Assembly (NCBI GenBank): GCA_963713825.1
Contig: CAVQNG010000003.1
Span: 1,632,001-1,696,000 of the forward strand
DNA: 64,000 bases
Source: an uncultured Acidobacteriota bacterium
Lineage (GTDB): Bacteria; Acidobacteriota; Thermoanaerobaculia; Multivoradales; JAHEKO01
Direction: 5' to 3'
Notes under the pieces: model-generated
Databases searched by the model: none
Seen by the model: the letters and a program-made list of their open reading frames with translations, nothing else
What the model was told of the DNA's origin: nothing
Part shown: positions 43,580 through 52,977 of the stretch, piece after piece
Position numbering within the stretch: position 1 is the stretch's first letter
How the letters are laid out: each line of letters opens with the position of its first letter
Made by a program: the position numbers and the translations under genes

Positions 43580-44737
43580 CTACTTGCCGAACCACTTCTC
43601 GATGCGGCTGCGCTCGAACTCCTCTTTGTAGGCGCGAAACTCGAGGGATGGACCTTGAAGCGCCAGGTCGGGGGCCTGTCCGCCGAGGAAGTTGGCTGCG
43701 ATCTGCGCCACTTTGCCGTCGCCGAACTCGAAGTAGCAGGCGCCCTGGGCCTGAAATGGATCCACCTCGCCGTGACCCTGGATGGTGCGCAGGATGTCGG
43801 CCGCAACGGTAGCGGCGGCATCTTCTGCGAAGGCACCAGCCTTGGGAACGGAGAACTCGCCAATCGGAATCTGCACTACGTCTCCCATGGCCCAGACCCT
43901 CTCGAAGCGCGTCTGCATGGTGGCGGGATCGACCCGGATCCAACCCTGGTTTCCGAGAGGGCATTCGAGGACGACAGCCGGCGGGCGATGGATGGGGATG
44001 CCCAGGAAAAGGTCATAGGGGTAGCGGGTCTCGTTGGCGACCACAGCTTGCTTGTTTTGGTAGTCGACCTCGACGACCTTGTGGCTCTTGTGTAGGGCTA
44101 TCTGTTTCGAGGTCAGCGCCTCCTCGATGCCTGCCGAAACCGTGGGAGAGATTGGCAAGGGCATCGGGCCAGGGATCAGCATGTCGATGGCTACGTCCTG
44201 TCGGATGCCCCTTTGGCGGTAGAAGTCATCGAGTTGAAATGCGGCTTCGTAGGGGGCGGGCGGGCATTTGTAGGGCTTGTCGAAGATCGCGATCAGAATT
44301 TGGCCACCCTTGAACTCGTTCACCAGGGGCCAGAGCCACTCAGCCGCTGCGAAGGAATAGAAATGGTGGCCTCCCGATTCCAGGAAGCCAGGGGTGGCCT
44401 CGGGAGCGATGTCGGCTCCGAGGGCGACCACCAGGAAGTCGGCGTTCAATTGCCCCTTCGAGGTCTCGACCCGTCTGCCTTCCGGATCGATCGATTCGAT
44501 CGCCGCGTGATGGAAGCGGATGCCCTTGTCGTTGAGAGCCGAGAGCTGCTCCTTGCACGCCTCCGGTGCTCGCCGACCGAACATCAGTTCGAACTTCGTG
44601 AAGCCGAAGTTGAAGAAGTCGTTGCGGTCCACGATGGTGATCTCGAAGCTCTCATCGAGCGCTGCTCGCAGACGCGTCGCGGCTTCGAGACCACCGAATC
44701 CGGCTCCGAGAATCAGAATGCTGCCCCCCATGACCAC
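43580..44737 (-). CDS. FAD-dependent oxidoreductase, sulfide:quinone oxidoreductase-like
   Basis: GAGFGG, YKCPPAPYE, GD, PKAG, C-terminal ACYFEFG. Confidence 0.8.
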   Translation of the reverse strand: MVMGGSILILGAGFGGLEAATRLRAALDESFEITIVDRNDFFNFGFTKFELMFGRRAPEACKEQLSALNDKGIRFHHAAIESIDPEGRRVETSKGQLNADFLVVALGADIAPEATPGFLESGGHHFYSFAAAEWLWPLVNEFKGGQILIAIFDKPYKCPPAPYEAAFQLDDFYRQRGIRQDVAIDMLIPGPMPLPISPTVSAGIEEALTSKQIALHKSHKVVEVDYQNKQAVVANETRYPYDLFLGIPIHRPPAVVLECPLGNQGWIRVDPATMQTRFERVWAMGDVVQIPIGEFSVPKAGAFAEDAAATVAADILRTIQGHGEVDPFQAQGACYFEFGDGKVAQIAANFLGGQAPDLALQGPSLEFRAYKEEFERSRIEKWFGK

Positions 44738-44850
44738 CCCTCCCTGGGAAGTTCGCTGCTTTCGAGTTGACGCCCAGAATCATAGTGTGCCGGCGAGATC
44801 TCTGCAAAGGTCTTGCAGGGCCGAAGGTCTAGAGGTCAGCGCGAAGCAAT

Positions 44851-45708
44851 TCAGCCGAGCTCTCGGGTCTCGAGGTGAAGAGCCGCAGCTCCGAGGATGG
44901 CAACGTGCTCGATCTCGCTGCAGGTGATGGAGGTTGTCTCGAGGCTGTGCTGGAAATCGAAGTCCTGCAGTCGTCTCCGGAGCCCGGCCTCGAAGAGCGA
45001 GTAGCCCGCACTGACCGATCCACCGAAGACGATGAGATCGGGATCGTAGGCGTAGAGGGCGGTCATGACCGCCTGCCCGAGCTCGTACCCGAATTCGTCG
45101 AAGAGCTCGAGCGCCTTCTGGTCGCCCTGCTGGGCCCGCTCGAAGATCGCATCGCCAGACTCTCCCGCCGCCCGCTGGAAGAACTCTCCGGAGCAGTAGG
45201 TTTCGAGGGCGCCGTCCCGGTAGGGAATCGAGCCGATCTCGCCCGCACCACAGTTGGCGCCGCAGTAGAGGTGGCCATCGATGATGACGCCGACTCCGAG
45301 ACCGGTTCCGAGGGTCATCCCGACCATGTTTCGAGCGCCTCGGCCCTTGCCGAAGTAGAGCTCGCCCAGGGCGAAGAGGTTGGCATCGTTGTTGACGAGG
45401 ACGGGCAAACCGTAGCGCTCTTCGAGCTTCTGCTTGAGCGGCGTTGCCTTCCAGGCAGGAAGGTTCTCGACGGCGTAGACGATGCCGGTCTCCAGATCGA
45501 CCACGCTGGGGACGCCGCATCCGATAGCGACGACGTCCGTATCGAGGACCTCCTCGATGGCTTGATACATCTCGCCGAGAATCACTTCCTCCGCGGCATT
45601 CGAGGAGATCCTTTGAGCGAGATGACGAACGACCCTGCCGTCACACACTTTGCCCAGGCGGATGTTGGTTCCGCCGAGATCGATGCCGAGGATGGCGTTG
45701 GAATCCAT
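44851..45708 (-). CDS. ROK-family sugar kinase
   Basis: GIDLGGT, NNDAN, LGTGLG, GAGEIG, GGSV. Confidence 0.9.
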   Translation of the reverse strand: MDSNAILGIDLGGTNIRLGKVCDGRVVRHLAQRISSNAAEEVILGEMYQAIEEVLDTDVVAIGCGVPSVVDLETGIVYAVENLPAWKATPLKQKLEERYGLPVLVNNDANLFALGELYFGKGRGARNMVGMTLGTGLGVGVIIDGHLYCGANCGAGEIGSIPYRDGALETYCSGEFFQRAAGESGDAIFERAQQGDQKALELFDEFGYELGQAVMTALYAYDPDLIVFGGSVSAGYSLFEAGLRRRLQDFDFQHSLETTSITCSEIEHVAILGAAALHLETRELG

Positions 45709-45975
45709 GGACAGTGCCTCCAGACGCGAGAGCGTACCGTAACTCCTCGGCGCGCGGCCACCCTGGTCGGGTTCACAGAGGACTGCTGCAAGCTCGTGAT
45801 ACCCTTTTTAACAAGCGCCCTGCGGCGGCACTCCTGGTGAGAGCTTGCGCTTCCAGGCTTGTCGAGGGTTTTCGACCTCGGTGGCCGCGCTGTCACATCG
45901 GCACTTGGAGGTCAGCACCGCCGAAGGGCCCAGCGGAGACCAACCTGGACTACCGGTCTCCAGAAGAGAGGGACA

Positions 45976-46227
45976 ATGGCTAGAAATCAAGCATCGATGG
46001 TCCGCCGACAGAGGGAGAGGGCTCGCCAGCAGAAACGGCGTGAGAAGCAGGCCAAGCGAGCCGAGCGGCGAGAGTTGAAAAAGGAAGAGTCGGACATCGA
46101 GGTGGCAACCGACAACCCGATGGACGATCCCACCATCGATTGGAGTGCGGCCGTTCGTCAGACGAAGGTCGACGAGTCGGATTTTCCGATCCCCGAGCTC
46201 GACGAAACGGAAGAAGTGGAGTCGTAG
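45976..46227 (+). CDS. small charged hypothetical protein
   Basis: GAGGG RBS; Arg/Lys-rich N-half and acidic C-half. Confidence 0.65.
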   Translation: MARNQASMVRRQRERARQQKRREKQAKRAERRELKKEESDIEVATDNPMDDPTIDWSAAVRQTKVDESDFPIPELDETEEVES

Positions 46228-46242
46228 CGGCTGCTCGAGACC

Positions 46243-46755
46243 TTGCCTACCAGGACCCTCAGCCTGATCGTTCTGCTGGCCTTGGCCCTGATCCAGGGGC
46301 CGGCTGCGGTTGCTGCTGCAGACGATTCGGGCTCGGTAGGCCGACTGCCCACTGAGCAGGAGCTGCTGGATCTCCAGAAGTCGCTCCGAGAGACCGAGAC
46401 CGCTTTCGCGGCCAGTGTTGCCAACCAGGATTGGGATCAGTTCGCCAGTTTCATCGCTGACGAGGCGATCTTCGTTTCCGGCGCCGTGCTGCGTGGGAAG
46501 CAATCCATCCTGGATGGGTGGGCCGTCTTCTTTCGAGAGGACGCTCCGAAGCTGACCTGGAAGCCCGAGGTGGTGGAGATCCAGGACGATGGCGAGCTTG
46601 GTATGACGCGAGGGCCGTTCACTCTCGAGCAGCCTGGACCCGACGGCACGGTCGAATCGGTGTCCGGGCTCTTCACTTCGGTCTGGGAGTACCAACCAGA
46701 CGGAAGTTGGCAAGTGATCTTCGACGCCGGCTGCCCACCCTGTCAGGCCCCGTAG
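46243..46755 (+). CDS. secreted NTF2-like (DUF4440) protein
   Basis: ETAFA, LTWKP, LGMTRGP, FTSVW..QPDGSWQVIFDAG. Confidence 0.8.
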   Translation: MPTRTLSLIVLLALALIQGPAAVAAADDSGSVGRLPTEQELLDLQKSLRETETAFAASVANQDWDQFASFIADEAIFVSGAVLRGKQSILDGWAVFFREDAPKLTWKPEVVEIQDDGELGMTRGPFTLEQPGPDGTVESVSGLFTSVWEYQPDGSWQVIFDAGCPPCQAP

Positions 46756-47194
46756 CAGGTCCGCCTAAGCATCTACCATCCATTTTTGGATAGGGGCAGT
46801 GCACCAATAGAGACGCCCGCGGGCCTCTCTGTGCTATTGTGCGCCGACTGAACCCAAAGTCGAGAGGGTGCTGAACCAACCCTCGAGATTGGGCAGAGGA
46901 AAAGTGTTCAGGGCCGGTTTTCGGCCTCGACATAGGTGACGCTGATCCGCGTCTGCCAGAGCTTGGAAACGACCCTATGAATATACGCATATTGCAGAGA
47001 ATCGATAATTCCTACCTGCCCGGATGGGGTGCCAACCAACCCCTCCGGGTGTTACGCCGACGGTCGCCAGCTTGGTATAAGGGTCCGTTACATGTTGAAC
47101 CAAAGGTGACTGAGCCCAGGGAGACCTGGAGGCAGCGGATGGTCTGGCTTCAGGAAGGCCGGACCAGCGGCTGTGCTGGACACGGGGGAAAGCC

Positions 47195-50100
47195 ATGAAG
47201 AAATCAGTATTGATGATGCTGTTGGTAGCGCTGGCCGTGTTGGCCATCGGTCAGGTGGGCTATGCCCAGCAAGTCGGAGACAACATCAACGTCTTGCCCG
47301 TTTTCAAGTCCGCCGCAGACTACATTGATGAGCTCGACTACGCTCGAGGTGACCTCTATGGGAACCGTCAGGGCGAGCCGAAAATCGCGGTCTCGACAGC
47401 CAATCCCGATCACATGTTGGCAGTCTTCAACGACTTCCGCCTGGTCGACGCTCCCGACGATCCTCCGCTGCCTGGGTTGCTCGCCAGCTTGCCCGAGGAG
47501 AAGCACTGGGCGCTGACAAGGTACTTCGGGGTACCCACCCCAGTTTTCGAGCAGCCGGCACACCTGGCCGGAGTCGAGGCCGGGATCGGGATGTCCGTCT
47601 CCTACGACGGCGGCATCACCTGGGTGGGTGGGTACGTGCCCGGTCAGTTCGATGGGGATACCACGCCCGCATCGCTGGCCTCACCGGGTTATGGCCTTGA
47701 AGGCGGTAGCGATCCGATTCTCCTGGCCGCCCCGTGCGGCAAGTTCTACATGGTCTGGCTGCAGTTCACCCGCAACGGCGTCAGTCGACTGATGGCGGCC
47801 CTGATCCAGGACCATAACGACAGCGATCTGGAGCACACCTTCACCTGGGAGCACACGACGCTCATCGCAGAGGCGAACAACTCCGCGAACGGGCCCTTTG
47901 TCGACAAGCCGGAAGCGTCCCTGAGTCTGACCGGGGCGAGCGACTGCAGCGACATCACCGAAGAGCTGAACGTCACCTGGACGCAATTCACCGGCAAGGG
48001 GAATCTGTCGAATTTCCAAAACAAGCTCTTCTTCGGGAAGTCTGTCGATCGCGCTCAGACCTTCGATATCACCAAGGTGGATGACAACTACACCGATACC
48101 AGCGGCACGGCGACGGTTGTCGATCCGGTCACGAACGACATCTACGTCTTCTTCCGCTCGTTCAATCCACCCACCATGGTCATGACCAAGTCTACGAACA
48201 ACGGCGTCAAGTGGACCAAGCCAGTCGACCTTCTCGATACCGCGCCCATGGAGCCTTTCGACCAGCCCACGGTCTCCATCCTGGACATGCCCTACGGTTC
48301 CTCGATCAAGGACGAGATCGCACCTCGAGCGAACGCCTTCCCGACGGCAGCCATCACTCCCGATGGCGGAACGCTGATGTTGGCGTGGCACGAGCGGGTG
48401 ACTCTGGAAGGAGCACCGGATCCCTTCGAGGCTCCCAAAGTGGTGATGATCTACTCCACGAATGGTGGCAACACCTGGTCGGATCGCGTGGTGATTGCCC
48501 CAACTCATCCACCATCACCCTCGGGCCTCGGGTTCTTCAATCCGGGATTTCCGGTCGGCCCTCAGATCCAACCTCGCCTGAGCTGCACGGCGGGCGAGCC
48601 CAACCAGTGCCTGGCGATCTTCTTCGAGTCGCGCCCATTCGCCGAGCCCTGGTCGAATCCGGTGAACTCTGGGGATGTACAGTCCAACGGCCTTTCAGCC
48701 GATGGCTTCGTCGGCGGCTACGACCGGGTCATGGATGTTCGCGGAGTGCTGATCGACGCTCCAATTGGCGGGGACCCAGTCTTCAACCCCAGCTTCCAGA
48801 TCTCACGGTACTCCTACCGGCCGCTGCTCTTAGGCGAGGAGACCGGGGAAACGGTGGACTACGTAGAAGAGATTTGTCCCCCTGGACAGACCTGCTATCC
48901 GTCGCTCAACTACAGCGGCTATCCCCACACCGGCGGTGGCACCTCTCCCTTCCTGCACGACTACCTGTCGAACGATCCCCTGGTCACCCACGTGAAGGAC
49001 GCCGAGACGGGCGTGTGGCGGGTGGCAGAGAGGCCTGAAGACACTCCCTACGGCGCCGCCTTCATCACGGCTTTCCCCGACAACCGCAACGTGGTGCGGC
49101 CCTTCGAGAACTGGGACGGAAGCCCAATCCCAGAGGGCGACAATTGGCAGGGCTTTGGAGTCTATACCCCGGCGGGTTTCGAACTCGACACAAACGGCCA
49201 GCCTGTCTTCGGCTCGTGTTTCAACCCCGGGTCGCGCGACCAGAACGTGCTGACCGCCAAGATCAGCCTGGGTCTTCGAGTCACCGCGCCGACCAACTAC
49301 AAGCCTTTCGAGGCCCCGGTGATCGAGTTTCCGATGACGATCTGGAACAACACCGGCCAGGAGCGACAATTCGAGCTCATGCTCACTGGGAATCCGGATG
49401 CGTCCTTCGCCAAGGATCCGGACGGTGACTACCCATTTCCCCTTCAGGATGGCGCGGTCAAGATCCTGCCCTACTCGAGCAGCTCTCTCAATGTCTACGT
49501 GGTCGACGGTGTTCCGGGAACGGTGACCGATCCAGTGACCGTGAACGTGGTGGAGTGCGATTTCGTTGACTGCGCCCTACCCGTCGGCGATCCTCTCACC
49601 GGGTCGATCACTTTCAACGCCCCGGCCTACGCGCCGCCAGGCACGGCGACCCCGAACTACCAGTACCAGTCCTCGGCGGTGGCGGTAAACCCGGTGCCGA
49701 GAAATCCGGTACCGAGGAACCCGGTGCCGAGAAATCCGGTACCGAGGAATCCGGTGCCCCGAAATACCACGACCGAGGAGCCAGTTCCAGTCTACGACGT
49801 CATCGACTATTCCTGGACTGTGACGACAGCGAGTGCCGACGATGCTGGCACCTACCTCACCATCCCGAACATCGACAAGGCGTTCCAGGACGACTACATC
49901 TTCCAGGTCTTCGTCACCAAGCCGTCAACCCTCCATCAGGTCGACGGCGCATGCAACCCGAGCAACCTGCCGCTCGGCACGCTCGTCGGACATATCAGTG
50001 ACCCGGCGAACCCTGTGCCGAGGAATCCTGTGCCGAGGAACCCTGTGCCTCGGAACCCAGTCCCGAGAAATGCGTCGCTTTCAGACACGCTCGTGCAGAA

Positions 50101-52897
50101 CACGACGTTCACCATGTCTTCCGACACGACGGCCGGCGGTGAACTGCGTTCGATCAGCGCTTTCGGCCCCGAGAACTGCGACCCGGTAACCGGCGGAGGA
50201 CGCTTCGGTGAGTGCACCCTGTTCGCGCCGCGTGATCCGAACCAGGTCACGATTACCATCCGCTCTTACCAGATTAATCCGGAGCCGACCCGTGTCTGGA
50301 ATCCGCATGGCGATCCAGGGTCCCCGCAAACCCTTCCCAGCGTCATCGTGGCCGACTACTGGTGCGAGCAGGCCGGCGAAGGATGTTCGTTCGCCCAGGA
50401 TGGACCCGAGTTGGAACCCGACTCGAATACCGCCGATGTAGCCCCGACGCCGGTGCAAGCTGGGAAGACCGTGACCTTCCCGCTAGACGGTTTCAGCTAC
50501 ACCAATGTAGGCACCCAGGCGGCTCAGGAGCATGGAATCGGCTACTACATCTCGGCGGCTTCCGAGGTGGAGGACCTGCCGCGCAATAACGACGGTACGA
50601 TCGACACCGGCGGCCCTGAGACCGAACTACTCGATTGGGTGGCCGCCGCTGCACTGGAACCGGAAGACGCTGCGAATGTTGGTTCGAAAGAACTGACGAT
50701 TCCGCTCGACATTCCCAGGCCCGATGGCGGAGTGGGCACCTACTATGTCTGGGTCTACATCGATGATCAGCGAGTCGTCTCCGAGATCGACGAAGACAAC
50801 AACTTCATCCGGGGTGGACCGATCATGGTGGTGCCGGCAAACGAGCCGCCAGGCAACATCGGGTTTGGAACGATTGTCGACGCCAACGAGGGGGAACCCG
50901 TCACGCTGACGGTGACGTTCGACGATCCAGGAGATACCGGCGAAGGCTACACCTACATCTGGGACTTCGGGGATGGGACGACTTGCGATTCCAGTGAGAC
51001 TCCCGACGACTGCGGAATGACTGCGGTCCACATCTATGAGGAAGATGGCCTCTACAACCTCACAGTGACCATCATCGATAGCGGTGGGCTCGATGGGACC
51101 GGCTCGGTCGAGGTGGAGATTCTCAACGTTGCGCCCGCAGTCGATGCAGGGCCAGATGTGACTATCGATGAAGGTATTGATTTCACGAGTTTCGGGAGTT
51201 TCATCGACCTTGGAGCCGACACCTGGACGGCGACCGTGAGCTACGGTGATGGATCGGGAGGCCAACCGTTGGCCCTCAACCCTGACCAGACCTTCACCTT
51301 GAGTCACTCGTACGCATCGGATGGTGTCTATACAGTGACCGTGACGGTCTCGGACGACGATGGTGGATCTGCCAGCGACACTGCCACGGTGACTGTGGCG
51401 AATGTGGCGCCGGTGGCGAACAGCCAGTCGGTGACAACCGCCGAGGACACGCCGGTCGGGATCACGCTCACGGGTTCGGATGTCGGAGGAGACGAGCTGA
51501 CCTACAGGGTCACTTCGGGTCCCGCGTCCGGGGCTGTGAGTGGCTCGGCGCCAAACCTGACCTACACACCCAACCTGAATTCCAATGGCTCGGACTCGTT
51601 CGATTTCGTGGTCAACGATGGAAAGATCGATTCCGCTCCGGCGACAGTGATGATCACCGTCGACGCGATCAACGATGCGCCGATTGCGGTGGCGGATACC
51701 TACGCCACGAGTGAGGACGTGCCGCTCATCGGTGCCGCTCCTGGAGTACTGGATAACGATACTGACGTTGACAGCGCCACCTTGACGGCTGCGGTGGTCT
51801 CTGGCCCTTCAAATGGCACGCTGGTGCTCAGTCCTGACGGGTCCTTCAACTACACGCCGAATACAGACTTCAACGGTTTGGACAGCTTCACCTACGTTGC
51901 CAACGACGGAGCTGCCAATTCCACCGCTGCGACGGTGACGGTCACCGTGAACGAGGTCAATGACAGCCCGGTGGCCAACGTGGATCTGTATGGAACGAAT
52001 GAGGACACCCCGTTGTCCGTCGGCCCGCCTGGAGTGCTCGGTAACGACACCGACGTGGACAGCGCGACGCTGACTGCAGAGTTGGTGAGTGGTCCAAGTA
52101 CTGCCGCAGGCTCTTTGGTTTTCAGTTCCGATGGCTCATTTACTTTCACACCTGCCGCCGAAGTTTTCGGTACGGCAACGTTCAGCTATCGAGCGTTTGA
52201 TGGAAACAGCTACTCGGCTCCAGCCGACGTCACCATTACCGTTGCCTCGATCAATGACGTACCGGTGGCGAACGACGACGCCTACGTCCGGACCGACGGT
52301 GCCTCTCTGACGGTCGCTGCACCGGGAGTCCTCGAAAATGACACGGACGTTGCGGATGGTGACACCTTGACTGCAGTTCTGGCCTCTGACCCCACGAATG
52401 GAGCTCTGAGCCTGAACGCAGATGGGTCGTTCAACTACACGCCGAATCCGGGGTTCTTCGGTTTGGACAGCTTCACCTACAAGGCGTACGACGGTACTGA
52501 CGAATCCAGCCCGGCCACTGTAACCGTAGGCCTGCCCTACGGCTTTGTCGGCTTGCTCTCGCCTTGGAAAGAGAAGCCGCTCTACACGTTCAAGGTTGGC
52601 AGTTCGTTCCCGATCTCCTGGCAATACACTGATCCGGCCACGGGTGGGGTCGTAGACAGCGAGGACGCCATGATCGAGGTGCGAATCAAGGGAGCCTTCG
52701 ACTGTAACCAGGGTGAGAATGGTGACGTCGTAGAGATCATCAAGTTCCCAGGCAACAGCGACTACCGGTACTCCACCGGTACTCACAAACTGAACTGGGA
52801 TACCAATAATCAGGAGCTGGGCTGCTACAACCTTCGGATCTACAGTGGCCTGACGGGACAGATCAACGGACCGTTCAAGGTCAAGATTCGGAAGTAG
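47195..52897 (+). CDS. 1900-aa secreted multidomain protein: Asp-box propeller, NPVPR repeats, CARDB-like, 2 PKD, about 4 cadherin-like (tandem-95) repeats, C-terminal PxKF-like domain
   Basis: Signal peptide; SYDGGITW, STNGGNTW; VSEIDEDNN; WDFGDG; NDAPxAxxDxYxTxED..GVLxNDTDVD..GSFNYTP; GFVGLLSP..KVGSSFPISW. Confidence 0.85.
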   Translation: MKKSVLMMLLVALAVLAIGQVGYAQQVGDNINVLPVFKSAADYIDELDYARGDLYGNRQGEPKIAVSTANPDHMLAVFNDFRLVDAPDDPPLPGLLASLPEEKHWALTRYFGVPTPVFEQPAHLAGVEAGIGMSVSYDGGITWVGGYVPGQFDGDTTPASLASPGYGLEGGSDPILLAAPCGKFYMVWLQFTRNGVSRLMAALIQDHNDSDLEHTFTWEHTTLIAEANNSANGPFVDKPEASLSLTGASDCSDITEELNVTWTQFTGKGNLSNFQNKLFFGKSVDRAQTFDITKVDDNYTDTSGTATVVDPVTNDIYVFFRSFNPPTMVMTKSTNNGVKWTKPVDLLDTAPMEPFDQPTVSILDMPYGSSIKDEIAPRANAFPTAAITPDGGTLMLAWHERVTLEGAPDPFEAPKVVMIYSTNGGNTWSDRVVIAPTHPPSPSGLGFFNPGFPVGPQIQPRLSCTAGEPNQCLAIFFESRPFAEPWSNPVNSGDVQSNGLSADGFVGGYDRVMDVRGVLIDAPIGGDPVFNPSFQISRYSYRPLLLGEETGETVDYVEEICPPGQTCYPSLNYSGYPHTGGGTSPFLHDYLSNDPLVTHVKDAETGVWRVAERPEDTPYGAAFITAFPDNRNVVRPFENWDGSPIPEGDNWQGFGVYTPAGFELDTNGQPVFGSCFNPGSRDQNVLTAKISLGLRVTAPTNYKPFEAPVIEFPMTIWNNTGQERQFELMLTGNPDASFAKDPDGDYPFPLQDGAVKILPYSSSSLNVYVVDGVPGTVTDPVTVNVVECDFVDCALPVGDPLTGSITFNAPAYAPPGTATPNYQYQSSAVAVNPVPRNPVPRNPVPRNPVPRNPVPRNTTTEEPVPVYDVIDYSWTVTTASADDAGTYLTIPNIDKAFQDDYIFQVFVTKPSTLHQVDGACNPSNLPLGTLVGHISDPANPVPRNPVPRNPVPRNPVPRNASLSDTLVQNTTFTMSSDTTAGGELRSISAFGPENCDPVTGGGRFGECTLFAPRDPNQVTITIRSYQINPEPTRVWNPHGDPGSPQTLPSVIVADYWCEQAGEGCSFAQDGPELEPDSNTADVAPTPVQAGKTVTFPLDGFSYTNVGTQAAQEHGIGYYISAASEVEDLPRNNDGTIDTGGPETELLDWVAAAALEPEDAANVGSKELTIPLDIPRPDGGVGTYYVWVYIDDQRVVSEIDEDNNFIRGGPIMVVPANEPPGNIGFGTIVDANEGEPVTLTVTFDDPGDTGEGYTYIWDFGDGTTCDSSETPDDCGMTAVHIYEEDGLYNLTVTIIDSGGLDGTGSVEVEILNVAPAVDAGPDVTIDEGIDFTSFGSFIDLGADTWTATVSYGDGSGGQPLALNPDQTFTLSHSYASDGVYTVTVTVSDDDGGSASDTATVTVANVAPVANSQSVTTAEDTPVGITLTGSDVGGDELTYRVTSGPASGAVSGSAPNLTYTPNLNSNGSDSFDFVVNDGKIDSAPATVMITVDAINDAPIAVADTYATSEDVPLIGAAPGVLDNDTDVDSATLTAAVVSGPSNGTLVLSPDGSFNYTPNTDFNGLDSFTYVANDGAANSTAATVTVTVNEVNDSPVANVDLYGTNEDTPLSVGPPGVLGNDTDVDSATLTAELVSGPSTAAGSLVFSSDGSFTFTPAAEVFGTATFSYRAFDGNSYSAPADVTITVASINDVPVANDDAYVRTDGASLTVAAPGVLENDTDVADGDTLTAVLASDPTNGALSLNADGSFNYTPNPGFFGLDSFTYKAYDGTDESSPATVTVGLPYGFVGLLSPWKEKPLYTFKVGSSFPISWQYTDPATGGVVDSEDAMIEVRIKGAFDCNQGENGDVVEIIKFPGNSDYRYSTGTHKLNWDTNNQELGCYNLRIYSGLTGQINGPFKVKIRK
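49688..50068 (+). repeat. coding pentapeptide arrays (NPVPR)x5 at 49688-49762 and (NPVPR)x4 at 50009-50068
   Basis: 15-bp units with synonymous codon variation but an invariant peptide. Confidence 0.95.
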
Positions 52898-52927
52898 GCC
52901 GAGAGCTGGGTGACCCCAGAAGACCAT

Positions 52928-52960
52928 CGACCCCGGCTGCCTTCCAGGTGGCCGGGGTCG
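52928..52960. terminator. hairpin between convergent genes
   Basis: CGACCCCGGC...GCCGGGGTCG. Confidence 0.7.
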
Positions 52961-52977
52961 TTCTCACAGTCTAGAGG

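Noticed and set aside
49688-50068. 15/30-bp DNA repeats considered as a CRISPR array or RiPP precursor
   Set aside because: No spacers and in-frame coding; no cas or RiPP-modifying genes recognised in the window.
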